From Octopus bimaculoides (Eukaryota), in contig NC_069007.1 of assembly GCF_001194135.2 (NCBI RefSeq), positions 16,800,098 to 16,836,177 on the forward strand: a DNA stretch of 36,080 nt, in the 5' to 3' direction. Positions within the stretch are counted from its first letter, which is position 1; each line of letters begins with the position of its first letter. Below the pieces are notes generated by a model. The model was given only the letters and a program-made list of their open reading frames with translations. It was not told the origin of the DNA and made no database searches. Below are positions 1-10,859 of the stretch, piece after piece. Position numbers and translations under genes: made by a program.

Positions 1-68
1 TATATATATGTATGTATGTATATATATGTATGTATGTATATATATGTATGTATGTATATATATGTATG

Positions 69-106
<38 letters not shown>

Positions 107-240
107 CACATACACACACATATATATATGCACTTATACATACATATATATATGTATACACACCCATACACACACATATATATATATACATATATAGGTA
201 TACACACCCATACATATACATATATATACATAGACACGCA

Positions 241-317
<77 letters not shown>

Positions 318-420
318 TCACAAATACCTATCTACACATATATACATATGTACATATTCATAAATTCATACACACACACATACACATGCATGCACATACA
401 TAACTGTACACAAGTGCACA
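1..420. repeat. (TA)n/(TATG)n/(CA)n microsatellite block
   Basis: Directly visible simple repeats. Confidence 0.95.
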
Positions 421-1019
421 GATATATTATACCTTCGCATAAGTACATATATTTTGTGTATAATCACACACTTATACATGATTTATGGCTGACAAATTGG
501 TTTATAAGAATATGTCAAATTATAGTTATTCATGTAAAGTAATAAAGGCAACGATATTGTGTATTGTGAGCTGTATGGTTGAAGCCATTTAATTGTGAAT
601 AAACATAAAGGAGGAAGGGAGTCATATTAGTGGAAATAATGGCTCAAAAGGGTTCAGAAAAAGACATCAAATAAATGGACACTTATTAATTTCAATTTGA
701 TATATAGGTTAATGATTCATCATCATCATTATCTTACCTTTCAATATCTATAGCTTTCAATAGATTCTGAGCATTTATAAGACTTCGTTGGTGATTAGAT
801 TGTATTGCTGAATCATTATGTTTAATTATGAAGCAAATAATTGAGTTCTACTTTCACTTTCGTCGTTGTTTTGGTTTCAGTGTGAATTCTGCTTAACCGT
901 TAGCGGTATGTCGTTCAAGAAAAGCTTTGAAGTTGTTCAAAAGAACGAGGAGAAATGGAGGAGAAATTTGGTGCAGTTCCAGTCCCATTCATCTAGAGGT
1001 CATACGCCTGTAGAAGAAG

Positions 1020-1365
1020 CCTCACTGGACAGCAGAAGCTGATTGCCATTCAAGGAACAGATTGTTGGTTGGTACCAGTTTCTTGGGGAAATGAATTTAA
1101 GGCAGAAAGGAGAGAATGGTGGAATTATCAAAGGAGATGGCACTACTGTGGAGAGATAAACTGAATTTTCCAATAATTTCCAAGCAAGCAATATGGTCCA
1201 AGCTCAAAAATGTGCTTCATTTGTATGATAAATGTGCCAAGAAAGGAAAATTTGAATCATTAGAGCTGTTCGATATCACCAATGTCCATGGTGAATGGCT
1301 CAATGCTGATGACAAAAGACTGTACTCCATCCAAATCCAAAGCAAGGGCAAAGTGGGCTATTTGA
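1020..1365 (+). mobile_element. Probable degenerate DNA-transposon ORF fragment, family unassigned (LPFKEQIVGWYQFL...WRDKLNFPIISKQAIWSKL...LFDIT...DDKRLYSIQIQS)
   Basis: Unspliced protein-like text broken by a stop and a frameshift. It resembles, from memory only, N-termini of invertebrate transposon-derived proteins. Confidence 0.35.
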
Positions 1366-1437
1366 AGGCAAAGTGGGCTATTTGACAGGCAAAGTGGGCT
1401 ATTTGACAGGCAAAGTGGGCTATTTGATAGGCAAAGC
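1347..1437 (+). repeat. 20-21 bp tandem repeat GGCAAAGTGGGCTATTTGA(CA), about 4.3 copies
   Basis: Four head-to-tail units with no spacers. Confidence 0.92.
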
Positions 1438-1902
1438 TGCAAGCAAGCACACTATCCATTCTTCCAAGAGAAGAAGATGCTCTGATGCTGAAGTCTTCAG
1501 TTCTTTATCAAACCCAACAGCCCTGGATACTGACACCCAATAAATTGCGGTTCTTTCAAATCCTTTTGAACAAACAGTCTTTGCAACTGAATGACAACGC
1601 CATTTCTTTTCCCAGTGTTCACACTCATCTCAGTAACAATCATCTTTACACAGTTCCATAAATAGCATTCATCTAAAACAACTGTTATTCCTTTCACAAG
1701 GGGGAGGAGGAGGAGAAGAGAAACAAGAAAGAAAGAAAAGAAAAAAGGGAGGAGAAGAAAAAAAAAAGCAAAAAGAAACAAGAGGATTAAGGGAATGACG
1801 ATGATAATGATGATGAACAGGAAGAAAGGGCAGAGGGGGAGGAGAAGAAATATTCAAAGAAAATAAGCAGAAAATGGTCAGAAGTGGAAGACAAACTCTC
1901 AG

Positions 1903-1908
1903 TTTATT
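1903..1908 (-). promoter_or_regulatory. Candidate polyadenylation signal AATAAA for ACP7
   Basis: AATAAA on the minus strand about 155 nt past the stop; no transcript evidence. Confidence 0.35.
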
Positions 1909-2063
1909 TTTCGCTGTTGTATTTTTCTTTCTTTTGTAATTTTGTAGTATAAAATTTTGGTAATCACCATAAAAAACATAATAATAAAAAAATTTATAGT
2001 GTAAAAGACCGGAATAATAACTTTTAAAATAGAATTTTATATCAGTTTATCAAACTAATTTTA

Positions 2064-2240
2064 TTATCTTTCAATTGTTCGAAATGACATCTTTTTCTGA
2101 TTTGCGAAGATGCTTTTCCTGTTGACCGATTCCATGCGCTTCAGAGCCTCTTCATTCTTTGCATTGTACCTTAACGTTTTGTCTTTGTAAGGACCATGTG
2201 TGTCTTTAATCAACCACATTTTGTCAATCACTTCACCATC
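2064..2240 (-). CDS. ACP7: ACP7 terminal exon 12 (DGEVIDKMWLIKDTHGPY...MSFRTIER*)
   Basis: Acceptor aatctttcag|GAT, 58 codons then TAA (2066-2064) followed by a second TAA; DGxxID motif. Full CDS is 486 aa with exon 1A and 490 aa with 1B or 1B'. Confidence 0.92.
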   Translation of the reverse strand, partial: DGEVIDKMWLIKDTHGPYKDKTLRYNAKNEEALKRMESVNRKSIFANQKKMSFRTIER

Positions 2241-2287
2241 CTGAAAGATTAAATAAAATAACAGTGGTTAATAATAATAATAATAAC

Positions 2288-2327
<40 letters not shown>

Positions 2328-2715
2328 GTCCTTTCTGCTATAGGCACAAGGCCTGAAGTTTTGGGGGAGGGGACTAATCGATTACATTTACTTTAAGTGG
2401 TAAAAGCAAGTTGCACCTGTAATTCGAAGGGCCAGCCTTGTCACATTCTCTGTCACACAGAATCTCCCTGAGAACTACATTAAGGGTATGCACGACTGTG
2501 GAGTACTCAGCCACTTGCAAGTTAATTTCACAAGCAAGCTGTTCTGTTGATCAGATCCCTTGTCATCATAACCACTGGAATGCCAGTGCTATAGCCACCA
2601 CCACACACAACAATATATCTCTTGTCACACAACCACAGCTACTACTACATGAACACCACACCATTCCTGGCACCATGACCATGGAAAAAAAAAAAGAACA
2701 CAAAGGGAAACTTAC

Positions 2716-2853
2716 CTTATCATCTGATACTTGTTCCGTATAGAGGTGACTGGAGTTGTAGATCTTCATTCTCGTATAGCCATAGTCTAAGCTGCGAAAC
2801 ACAGACCAAGGGGCAGTTTTGTTTGCGAACGGATCATGCTTCTCTGAACAGCC
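2716..2853 (-). CDS. ACP7: ACP7 exon 11 (GCSEKHDPFANKTAPWSVFRSLDYGYTRMKIYNSSHLYTEQVSDDK)
   Basis: Acceptor ttgactgcag|GGC, donor AAG|GTAAGT, 138 nt, phase 0; YGYTR and EQVSDD motifs. Confidence 0.95.
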
Positions 2854-3713
2854 CTGCAGTCAAATAAGAAATAATGAAGTACAATATGGGAAATACAAGG
2901 TCGAATGACAAAAGATAATTTCGTCTGTTTTTACTGTTCTGAGATCAAATTCCACCATGTTTGACTTTGCCTTTCATCCTTTCAGGGTCGATAAATTGAA
3001 TACCAGTTGCATACCAGTCGATAAATTGAATACCAGTTGCATACCAGTTGCATACCAGTATGATGTAATCGACTGCCTCCCCCCCTCCCTCCAAATTTCA
3101 GGCTTTGTGCCTAGAGTAGAAAAGAGTATTTGAATTCAGAACATAAAGGTGGAAGAAATGGTGCTAAGGATTCTGGCAGGTGTACTCATGTTTCTGCTAG
3201 CTCACTGCCTTAAAAAGCAAAGTTGACTGCAGCAGAATTTGAACTCAGAGCCTAAAGCCAGGAGAAATATCACAAAGTAGTTTGTCTGTGTGCTAATGAT
3301 TCTGTCAACATGTCCCCTATGGCATCAACAACACCACCATTTGGGGAACTGCTGCTACTACACAATCACCGGATTAAAACGGAGTCTCTGCCCATCCAGC
3401 AATTCAAAATGGCAGGACCTATGTAAACATACATTTCTTTGACTGTATTTTACTGAAGATGGGCATTTACGCCTGAAATATAAAGGATTTTAAAAAACTT
3501 TCTGTATTGTTAGAATCTTTCCTTATTTCTCATTTCATCTATTATTCTACACAACTGAGTATATATATATATATATAGCAGGAGGTCAGAAAAAGATATA
3601 GACCTTGTCCTTTTTCCTTACATATATACACTTTCCATGTCACTTTCTTACACATACCCCACCCGCTCTTGCTCTCTTTCACCTTATACAAAAAATGGCA
3701 ATGGCTATCTTAC

Positions 3714-3785
3714 TGCAGATCCTGTGGTAATATGGACTGGAGCTTCTGGATTGTCATATGGGTTTATGGAACTTGTGTTGTAGAT
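3714..3785 (-). CDS. ACP7: ACP7 exon 10 (IYNTSSINPYDNPEAPVHITTGSA)
   Basis: Acceptor attttcag|ATC, donor GCA|GTAAGA, 72 nt, phase 0; PVHIxTGSA motif. Confidence 0.94.
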
Positions 3786-4099
3786 CTGAAAATAATCACA
3801 CAAAAATGGAATTATAATACATACATGTATACATATATAAATATATATTAGTTTTGGTGAAGCATTGCGTGATGTTACATTAAAGAGACTTGTTGTGTAA
3901 GGCCAGAAGAATGCAAGAAGATATAAAGTAAACTACAAAAAACAAACAGAAAAGAAAAAAAAAACAAAAGCAAAGTTGTAGTTTTATCTTATAGTTCTAT
4001 ATTTTGGGTCTATGATCCCTTCTTCAGGACATGTGGAAAAGCGAAGGACGGAAAAGCTTGTTCAGATGTGTGGGGGAGGAAGGTGACATGTGCAGACTC

Positions 4100-4661
4100 A
4101 TGCTGCTATAGTAACCAGCCTACTTCATGTAGTTCTTTTCTGTTATCTATGGCTGATCACTGTTGATAAGGAGGGCCTCCATGATGCTGAGTTTGCTCCT
4201 GTTGCACTCAGTGGCTCTAATGGATACCTTGACTGGTGCCTTTCACAACTACACCCCATACAGAAATCCATGGGATTACAATTGGGAGAATTAGAGGCTG
4301 GTAAAGTTGTAGAAATTCTTCAACAACCACTTCTGACTCTGGCCTTCTTAGTAGCAACCCTCTCCATCCAGGGTTTGACTACTGTCTCCAGCAGCTTCAC
4401 AGAGCCATCTGAACTGAGCCTAAGGCCCTGTCCATCAGTTGTTGGATGAATTCAGACACAGTCAGGATGCCTGCTGTATCCCTTCTTGTTGGCTACAGTT
4501 GCGTAGTCTCTGTTGCAGCTGTCCATGTCACATCATCCACCTTTTACAGTGTTCATAGAGCATTGAGCAGCAGTCATGATGCTGGTATTTTGATACCCAA
4601 CGATAAAATCATCATGATACAGGTAACTCTTCCTATACTCAGATCGCTTCAAGTCCGCCAT
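4100..4661 (-). mobile_element. Degenerate Tc1/mariner-superfamily transposase remnant
   Basis: Minus-strand translation gives LLETVVKPWMERVA, SQKWLLKNFYNFT and NSPNCNPMDF (PNSPDxNPxD motif), with stops and frameshifts. Confidence 0.6.
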
Positions 4662-4761
4662 GTCAACTAACTTTTTCTCAACCACAATTTTAATCTTTAG
4701 CTCTTCGCTGCTGTTGACTGTTCACCGATGCATCAAGCTGTTTCTGAAAAAGAAGACTTAA

Positions 4762-5053
4762 CCCATTACCTACCAGTGATCTCATATGAGATTACTTAAA
4801 AATTACAAATTTCGTAATTATCTGTCAATATTTACACATATCTAACCTTTTCGCTATATCTACTAAGTATATTTCTCTGATATTCAAAGGAGGTTTGCTA
4901 ATTTTTCACCTAATATCTCTCTTATTTCTATCTAAAATGTTATTTTGAAATGTTATTTTGATCAATCCAGCGTGTTTCTAAGGCTGTTTTATGCTAGAAA
5001 TCAAAGTTTCATAAAAAAAAATTCCAGTTAATAGAATTATGGGAGGTAATGGG
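4762..5053. mobile_element. piggyBac-type MITE, 292 bp
   Basis: TIR CCCATTACCT...AGGTAATGGG flanked by TTAA on both sides (4758-4761, 5054-5057). Confidence 0.8.
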
Positions 5054-5113
5054 TTAAAAATCACCAAATTTGACCAAAACACCCAGTAGATTATAATAAT
5101 AAATGTTACTCAC

Positions 5114-5242
5114 ATGTCGATCATAAATCGGTAACAGACGTTCATAAGAGTGCTCATGGGCCCAAATTTCAAGATCAACACCATATTTATAAAATAGGTC
5201 CTCGAGGCCATATGCATGGATTATTGGTACACCCTTTCGAAC
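5114..5242 (-). CDS. ACP7: ACP7 exon 9 (VRKGVPIIHAYGLEDLFYKYGVDLEIWAHEHSYERLLPIYDRH)
   Basis: Acceptor tttttttgtcgag|GTT (unusual GAG), donor CAT|GTGAGT, 129 nt, phase 0; GHXH-type motif (AHEH). Confidence 0.93.
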
Positions 5243-5269
5243 CTCGACAAAAAAATGTTTACATCTTAT

Positions 5270-5483
5270 TATATTATACTAAATTATGTTATGTTCTGCT
5301 ATATTACATTACATTGTGTTATATTATATCATATATTATATTATGTTATATATCATACATTATGATACATCATATATTATGTTATATATCATACAAGTAC
5401 CATGATGAAAATGATGATGTTGTTGGTGACAGTGATGGTAATGATCATGATGATAATGATGATGGTGATGGTGGTAGTGGTTG

Positions 5484-5517
<34 letters not shown>

Positions 5518-5928
5518 GACGATGGTGGTAGAGGTAGAAGAGGCAGTGGTGGTGGTGATGATAACAGAGATGACAAATAAATGGCGATGATGATGATGAT
5601 GATGATGATGATGACCACAAATAATGATGACGATAACTATGAGGGTGATGGTGATGATGATGATGATGACAATAACAGTGATGACAATGATGATGATGAT
5701 GATGATGACAGCAATGACAATGATGATGATAATGATGACAACAATGATGATAATGATGACGACTATGGTGATGATGATGACGACTATGGTGATGATGATG
5801 GTCTGATGATGATGATAGTGATGGCGATGACAAGGATGATGATGACGAGGATGATGGTGATGTTGGTGATAATGATGACCATGATGGTTATGCCAAAGGT
5901 AACAATGATGATGATGATGATGATGATA

Positions 5929-5960
<32 letters not shown>

Positions 5961-6085
5961 GGTGGTATGAATGAAGAGGATAAAGAAAATGGTGACAAAA
6001 GATGATGATAACAAAGCTGATAATGATGATGATGATGACAACGATCAATGACTATGATGGTTACACCGAAGGTGATGATGATGAT
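5270..6085. repeat. (TATTA)n-like then (GAT/GGT/GAC)n microsatellite block
   Basis: Directly visible; source of the poly-H/D/M ORFs. Confidence 0.95.
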
Positions 6086-6095
6086 TTGATAGAGG

Positions 6096-6760
6096 CAGGC
6101 GTGGCTGTGTGGCAAGACGTTTGTTTCCCAACCACATGGTTCTAGGTTCAGTCCAGCTGTGTGGCACCGTGAGAAAGTGTCTTCTACTATAGCCTCAGGT
6201 CAACCAAAGACTTGTGAGTGGATTTGGTAGACAGAAACTGAAAGAAGTCAGTAGGGTGGTAAGCTGGCAGAAACGTTAGCGGTATTTCGTCTGTCTTGAT
6301 GTTCTGAGTTCAAATTCCTCCGAGGTCGACTTTGCCTTTCATCCTTTCGGGGTCGATTAAATAAGTACCAGTTATGCACTGGGGGGGTCGATATAATCGA
6401 CTTAATCCGTTTGTCTGTCCTTGTTTGTCCCCTCTGTGTTTAGCCCCTAGTGGGCAGTAAAGAAATAAGAAATTGAAAGAAGTCCATCGTATATTATATG
6501 TGTGTGTTTGTGTGTGTGTGTCTGTGTATCTTTGTGTGTGTGTATTTGTCCCCCACCACTGCCTGACAACTGGGGTTAGTGTGTTTACTTATCACAATCT
6601 GTCCCTTTTGCCATAACTTAGTGGTTCGGAAAAAGAGACTGATAGAATAAGTATCTTGCGAAAAACAACACAAGTACTGTTTTTGACCCATTCTACTAAA
6701 AATTCTTCGAGGTGGTGCCCCAGCATGGCCGCGGTGTAAGGAATAAAACAAGGATAAATG
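6096..6760 (+). mobile_element. Composite of SINE-like repeats: family B head (6096-6250), family C (6256-6470), family B tail (6490-6760)
   Basis: Segments recur in the window (8567-8965, 27415-27580 and others). Confidence 0.8.
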
Positions 6761-6832
6761 ATGATGATTGATGACGATTATGATGATGTTATTTACTGAC
6801 TGGAAAAGAAGAAGAATGTCCAAGAAACTCAC

Positions 6833-6946
6833 CAGACTCTCAGACTTTGTGCAGTCATCCTTGTCATTATTGGAGCAATACATTGGTCTATGGGCCATCG
6901 TTATAATCCAGGGGCGTTTGGCACGGTTGGCTGGTTCATTAGCTTT
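6833..6946 (-). CDS. ACP7: ACP7 exon 8 (KANEPANRAKRPWIITMAHRPMYCSNNDKDDCTKSESL)
   Basis: Acceptor gtattgtag|AAA, donor CTG|GTGAGT, 114 nt, phase 0; VXXH-type motif (TMAH) and RPMYCS. Confidence 0.95.
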
Positions 6947-7146
6947 CTACAATACAGACAAGAAACATAACGTATATAAATTCAAATTACGACAAACGTA
7001 AATAAACAAACGAAGTTTGCTTTTAGAAGCGTTGAGATGTCTTAGAAAGTTAAAGAAGTGATTTTAAATTCTCAATCGCAGAATAATGCTAATAATATAG
7101 CCTGAACAGAATAAACTACCCCTATTTTGCAGAGAAAAGTGTAGGT

Positions 7147-7221
7147 GGCTAGCTGTGGACTCGAACTCACATCCCCGTGATTACGCGTCACGATGCTTTG
7201 ACCAATTAAGCTAAACTACCC
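7147..7221 (-). tRNA. tRNA-like cloverleaf with CGT (Thr) at the anticodon position; probably a pseudogene or SINE head
   Basis: D-stem GCTT/AAGC, anticodon stem CGTGA/TCACG with a 7-nt loop, A box TAGCTTAATTGG, B box GAGTTCGAGTCC, TTTT about 9 nt downstream. Lesions: G33, acceptor mismatch, 4-nt 3' T-stem strand. Confidence 0.5.
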
Positions 7222-8301
7222 ACTACAAATTCCTCTGCAAATATATATATATACATATATATACTTGCCAATGAAAAATGCAGACGCATACTAACAATAT
7301 TCTTAATTAAACCTGGAAAAGTAGAGGATAAGAAAAAACTCATTAAAATTAGAGCTTAAAATATTGCTGCTAAAATTAAAATTAAAAAGTACCTCTTAAG
7401 TACTTTTTTTTATTTTAATTTTATTTCTTGTACTAAATGAATTAATAAAAAANNNNNNNNNNNNNNNNNNNNNNNNNNNNNNNNNNNNNNNNNNNNNNNN
7501 NNNNNNNNNNNNNNNNNNNNNNNNNNNNNNNNNNNNNNNNNNNNNNNNNNNNNNNNNNNNNNNNNNNNNNNNNNNNNNNNNNNNNNNNNNNNNNNNNNNN
7601 NNNNNNNNNNNNNNNNNNNNNNNNNNNNNNNNNNNNNNNNNNNNNNNNNNNNNNNNNNNNNNNNNNNNNNNNNNNNNNNNNNNNNNNNNNNNNNNNNNNN
7701 NNNNNNNNNNNNNNNNNNNNNNNNNNNNNNNNNNNNNNNNNNNNNNNNNNNNNNNNNNNNNNNNNNNNNNNNNNNNNNNNNNNNNNNNNNNNNNNNNNNN
7801 NNNNNNNNNNNNNNNNNNNNNNNNNNNNNNNNNNNNNNNNNNNNNNNNNNNNNNNNNNNNNNNNNNNNNNNNNNNNNNNNNNNNNNNNNNNNNNNNNNNN
7901 NNNNNNNNNNNNNNNNNNGTTTGGCAAAAAAAAGACCGATAGAATAAGTACTAGGCTTCCAAAGAATAAGTCCTGGGGTCGATTTGCTCGACTAAAAGGC
8001 GGTGCTCCAGCATGGCCACAGTCAAAAGACTGAAACAAGTAAAAGAGTAAAAGAGTAAATCAGATTGGAACCTGGTGCAGTTCCCCAGCTTGCCAATACG
8101 GAAAATGGACATTAAATGATGATGATGATGATGATGATACATATACATACGCACACATAAACACACACACATAAACACACACACATATGACTCATAACAT
8201 TAGTCTCAGTTACATCTCACAGCAGCAACATGACTTTATAAACCTCATTCCATTTCAGGTTTTTTTTTTTCCCCTCCCCAATCGAGTATTGAACCTCTCA
8301 C

Positions 8302-8416
8302 CTTAAGATCAGCTTCCAGCCAATGATATTGATGCTCAATCTGGTAAAGTCCATATTCAATGAAGAAATAATATTCCGTTGAGAAAGAAATCACATGGGC
8401 AGGTCCAATATCAAAA
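8302..8416 (-). CDS. ACP7: ACP7 exon 7 (S-FDIGPAHVISFSTEYYFFIEYGLYQIEHQYHWLEADLK)
   Basis: Acceptor attgtttcag|T, donor AAG|GTGAGA, 115 nt, phase 2 to 0. Confidence 0.95.
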
Positions 8417-8566
8417 CTGAAACAATGAAAAGAAACCTGACATGACATGATAAACTAAAAATCTCAGTCATTGCAGTCCAAGATGTTTCTTACTGAGAGC
8501 CATTGTTCCAGAATACAGGTGCTTCCTTCTGTGTAACATCAAAATCTAATTGAAATGCAATTTATA

Positions 8567-8965
8567 GGCGCAGGAGTGGCCGTGTGGTAAGTAGCTTGCT
8601 TACCAACCACATGGTTCCGGGTTCAGTCCCACTGCGTGGCACCTTGGGCAAGTGCCTTCTACTATAGCCTCAGGCTGACCAAAGCCTTGTGAGTGGATTT
8701 GGTAGACGGAAACTGAAATAAGCCCGTCGTATATATGTATATATATGTATGTATGTATGCGTGTTTGTGTGTCTGTGTTTGTCCCTCCACCATTGCTTGA
8801 CAACTGATGCTGGTGTGTTTATGTCCCCGTAACTTAGCAGTTCGGCAAAAAGAGACCGATAGAATAAGTACTAAGCTTACAAAGAAAAAGTCCTGGGGTC
8901 TATTTGTTCGACTAAAGGCGGTGCTCCAGCATGGCCGCAGTCAAATAACTGAAACAAGTAAAAAA
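8567..8965 (+). mobile_element. SINE-like family B, head plus tail (ggcgcaggagtggc...tgaaacaagtaaaa)
   Basis: Homologous copies at 6096, 7920-8058, 12875-13025(-), 18575-18710(-), 24998-25325(-), 31930-32130(-), 32925-33070(-). Confidence 0.85.
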
Positions 8966-9365
8966 AACAAAATAGAAGTCTGACCCTTAGAAATAACTGT
9001 CAGAGAAGTAAAATCGCATGCATTAGTTGCTACGGTATTCGGCTCACAATTGTAAAGTCATGAGTACTATTCCAGTTGGCATGTGCCCCTTTGGGAAAGA
9101 CACTTTATTTCATGTTGTTCCATTCCACTCAGCTGGCAAAAATGAGTTGTAGATGTAATTCAAAGGACCAGCCCTGTTACATTATGTGTCATGCTGAATC
9201 ACTCTGAGAACTATGTCAGCCAGCCTCTTGCCCATTAATTTCATGAGGCTGTTCTGTTGATCAGATTCAACTGGAACTCTCGTCGTCATAACCAAAAGAT
9301 GCTAGTATGCAGTCACAGAAAGCATTGACTAAAATTAAACAAGGAACTGGTAAATGATTGCATAC

Positions 9366-9434
9366 CTGAAGAACATATTGTCACTGTCAATATCTCCAGG
9401 CATGTGGAACCGGTTCTTGTAATTTGAGAAGTTA
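9366..9434 (-). CDS. ACP7: ACP7 exon 6 (A-NFSNYKNRFHMPGDIDSDNMFF-S)
   Basis: Acceptor tttcctcttccag|T, donor AG|GTATGC, 69 nt, phase 2 to 2; matches the family NFSNYKARFSMP segment. Confidence 0.93.
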
Positions 9435-9687
9435 CTGGAAGAGGAAAAAAAGAGAAAAAAATATATATATATACTAGTATACCCGTGACATAAAAAATAC
9501 TGACAGTTTCATTAATAATAAAAAATGGCACATCAAAACAATGCGAAAGACTATTACTAAATGCCAACAATTGAGTAAATATATGAACATACAGAGAAAT
9601 GAAGCACTTGAACAATTAGATATAGTTGTAACATCTTGGTTGAAAATATTATCAGCCACATAATATATAGTATATGTATGTGTATAT

Positions 9688-9948
9688 ATCATCATCATCA
9701 TTGTTTAATGTCCGTTTTCCTTGCTGGCATGGGTTGGATGGTTTGACTGGGGACAGACAAGCCAAGAGGCTGCACCAGGCTCCAATCTGATCTGGCAAGG
9801 TTTCTACAGCTGGATGCCCTTCCTAATGCCAACCTGATGCTTTATATATGCATGGTGCAGCTCTCCAGCTCTGGTCAAACTGTCCAACCCATGACAGCAT
9901 GGACAACAGACTTTAAATGATGATGATGATGATGATGATACGAGTATA
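9688..9948. mobile_element. Two family D (CAT)n-tailed retroposon ends in inverted orientation
   Basis: Plus copy 9688-9835 and minus copy about 9850-9948. Other copies at 13035-13125, 16700-16870, 30880-31035, 35485-35650(-). Confidence 0.8.
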
Positions 9949-9984
9949 AGATGACAGGAATGTAAGAATGTGATGTGTACATAC

Positions 9985-10082
9985 GCATATGCTTCGTGGT
10001 TTCCTGGGCATGTCATGTAAGGAACATTTGCAGCCATTGGTTGAATCAGTTGCATGAATTTGTCACCAACTTCACCATGGCC
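9985..10082 (-). CDS. ACP7: ACP7 exon 5 (GHGEVGDKFMQLIQPMAANVPYMTCPGNHEAY-A)
   Basis: Acceptor ttttctcag|GG, donor GC|GTATGT, 98 nt, phase 0 to 2; GNHE motif. Confidence 0.95.
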
Positions 10083-10094
10083 CTGAGAAAATAT

Positions 10095-10128
10095 AGATAA
10101 GTATATTCGTGTATAAATAAATATATTC

Positions 10129-10164
<36 letters not shown>

Positions 10165-10466
10165 NNNNNNNNNNNNNNNNNNNNNNNNNNNNNNNNNNNN
10201 NNNNNNNNNNNNNNNNNNNNNNNNNNNNNNNNNNNNNNNNNNNNNNNNNNNNNNNNNNNNNNNNNNNNNNNNNNNNNNNNNNNNNNNNNNNNNNNNNNNN
10301 NNNNNNNNNNNNNNNNNNNNNNNNNNNNNNNNNNNNNNNNNNNNNNNNNNNNNNNNNNNNNNNNNNNNNNNNNNNNNNNNNNNNNNNNNNNNNNNNNNNN
10401 NNNNNNNNNNNNNNNNNNNNNNNNNNNNGTGTATATATATATATATATATATATATAAATATATTC

Positions 10467-10500
<34 letters not shown>

Positions 10501-10825
10501 TATTCGTGTATAAGTATATTCATATATATATATATATATAAATATATTCATGTATATATATATAAATGATTCGTGGATAAGTATATTCGTGTATATATAA
10601 ATATATTCGTGGATATACATATAAATATATTCATGTATATATATATATATATATAAATTATTCATATATATATAAATATATTCGTATATATATATATAAA
10701 TATATTCGTGTGTTTATATATAAATTATTCATGTATAAGTATATTCATATATATATAAATATATTCGTGTATATATATATATAAATGATTCATAGATAAG
10801 TATATTCATGTATATATAAATATAT
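10095..10825. repeat. AT-rich minisatellite (ATATATTCGTG/TATATATAA variants), interrupted by a gap
   Basis: Recurrent tattc(g/a)tg core in a (TA)n matrix. Confidence 0.9.
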
Positions 10826-10859
10826 GGAGCAGCATCATCATTATCATCGTAATCATTAT

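Noticed and set aside
8-542. Long ORFs rich in Y/I/M/H
   Set aside because: Translations of (TA)n/(CA)n microsatellites; not coding.
4090-4670. Plus-strand ORFs 4090-4449 and 4446-4670
   Set aside because: They are antisense to the recognisable transposase remnant and have no motif of their own.
5212-6115. Poly-His/Asp/Met ORFs on both strands (also 28921-29311 and 33377-35366)
   Set aside because: Trinucleotide microsatellites open in several frames, with no splice signals or domain content.
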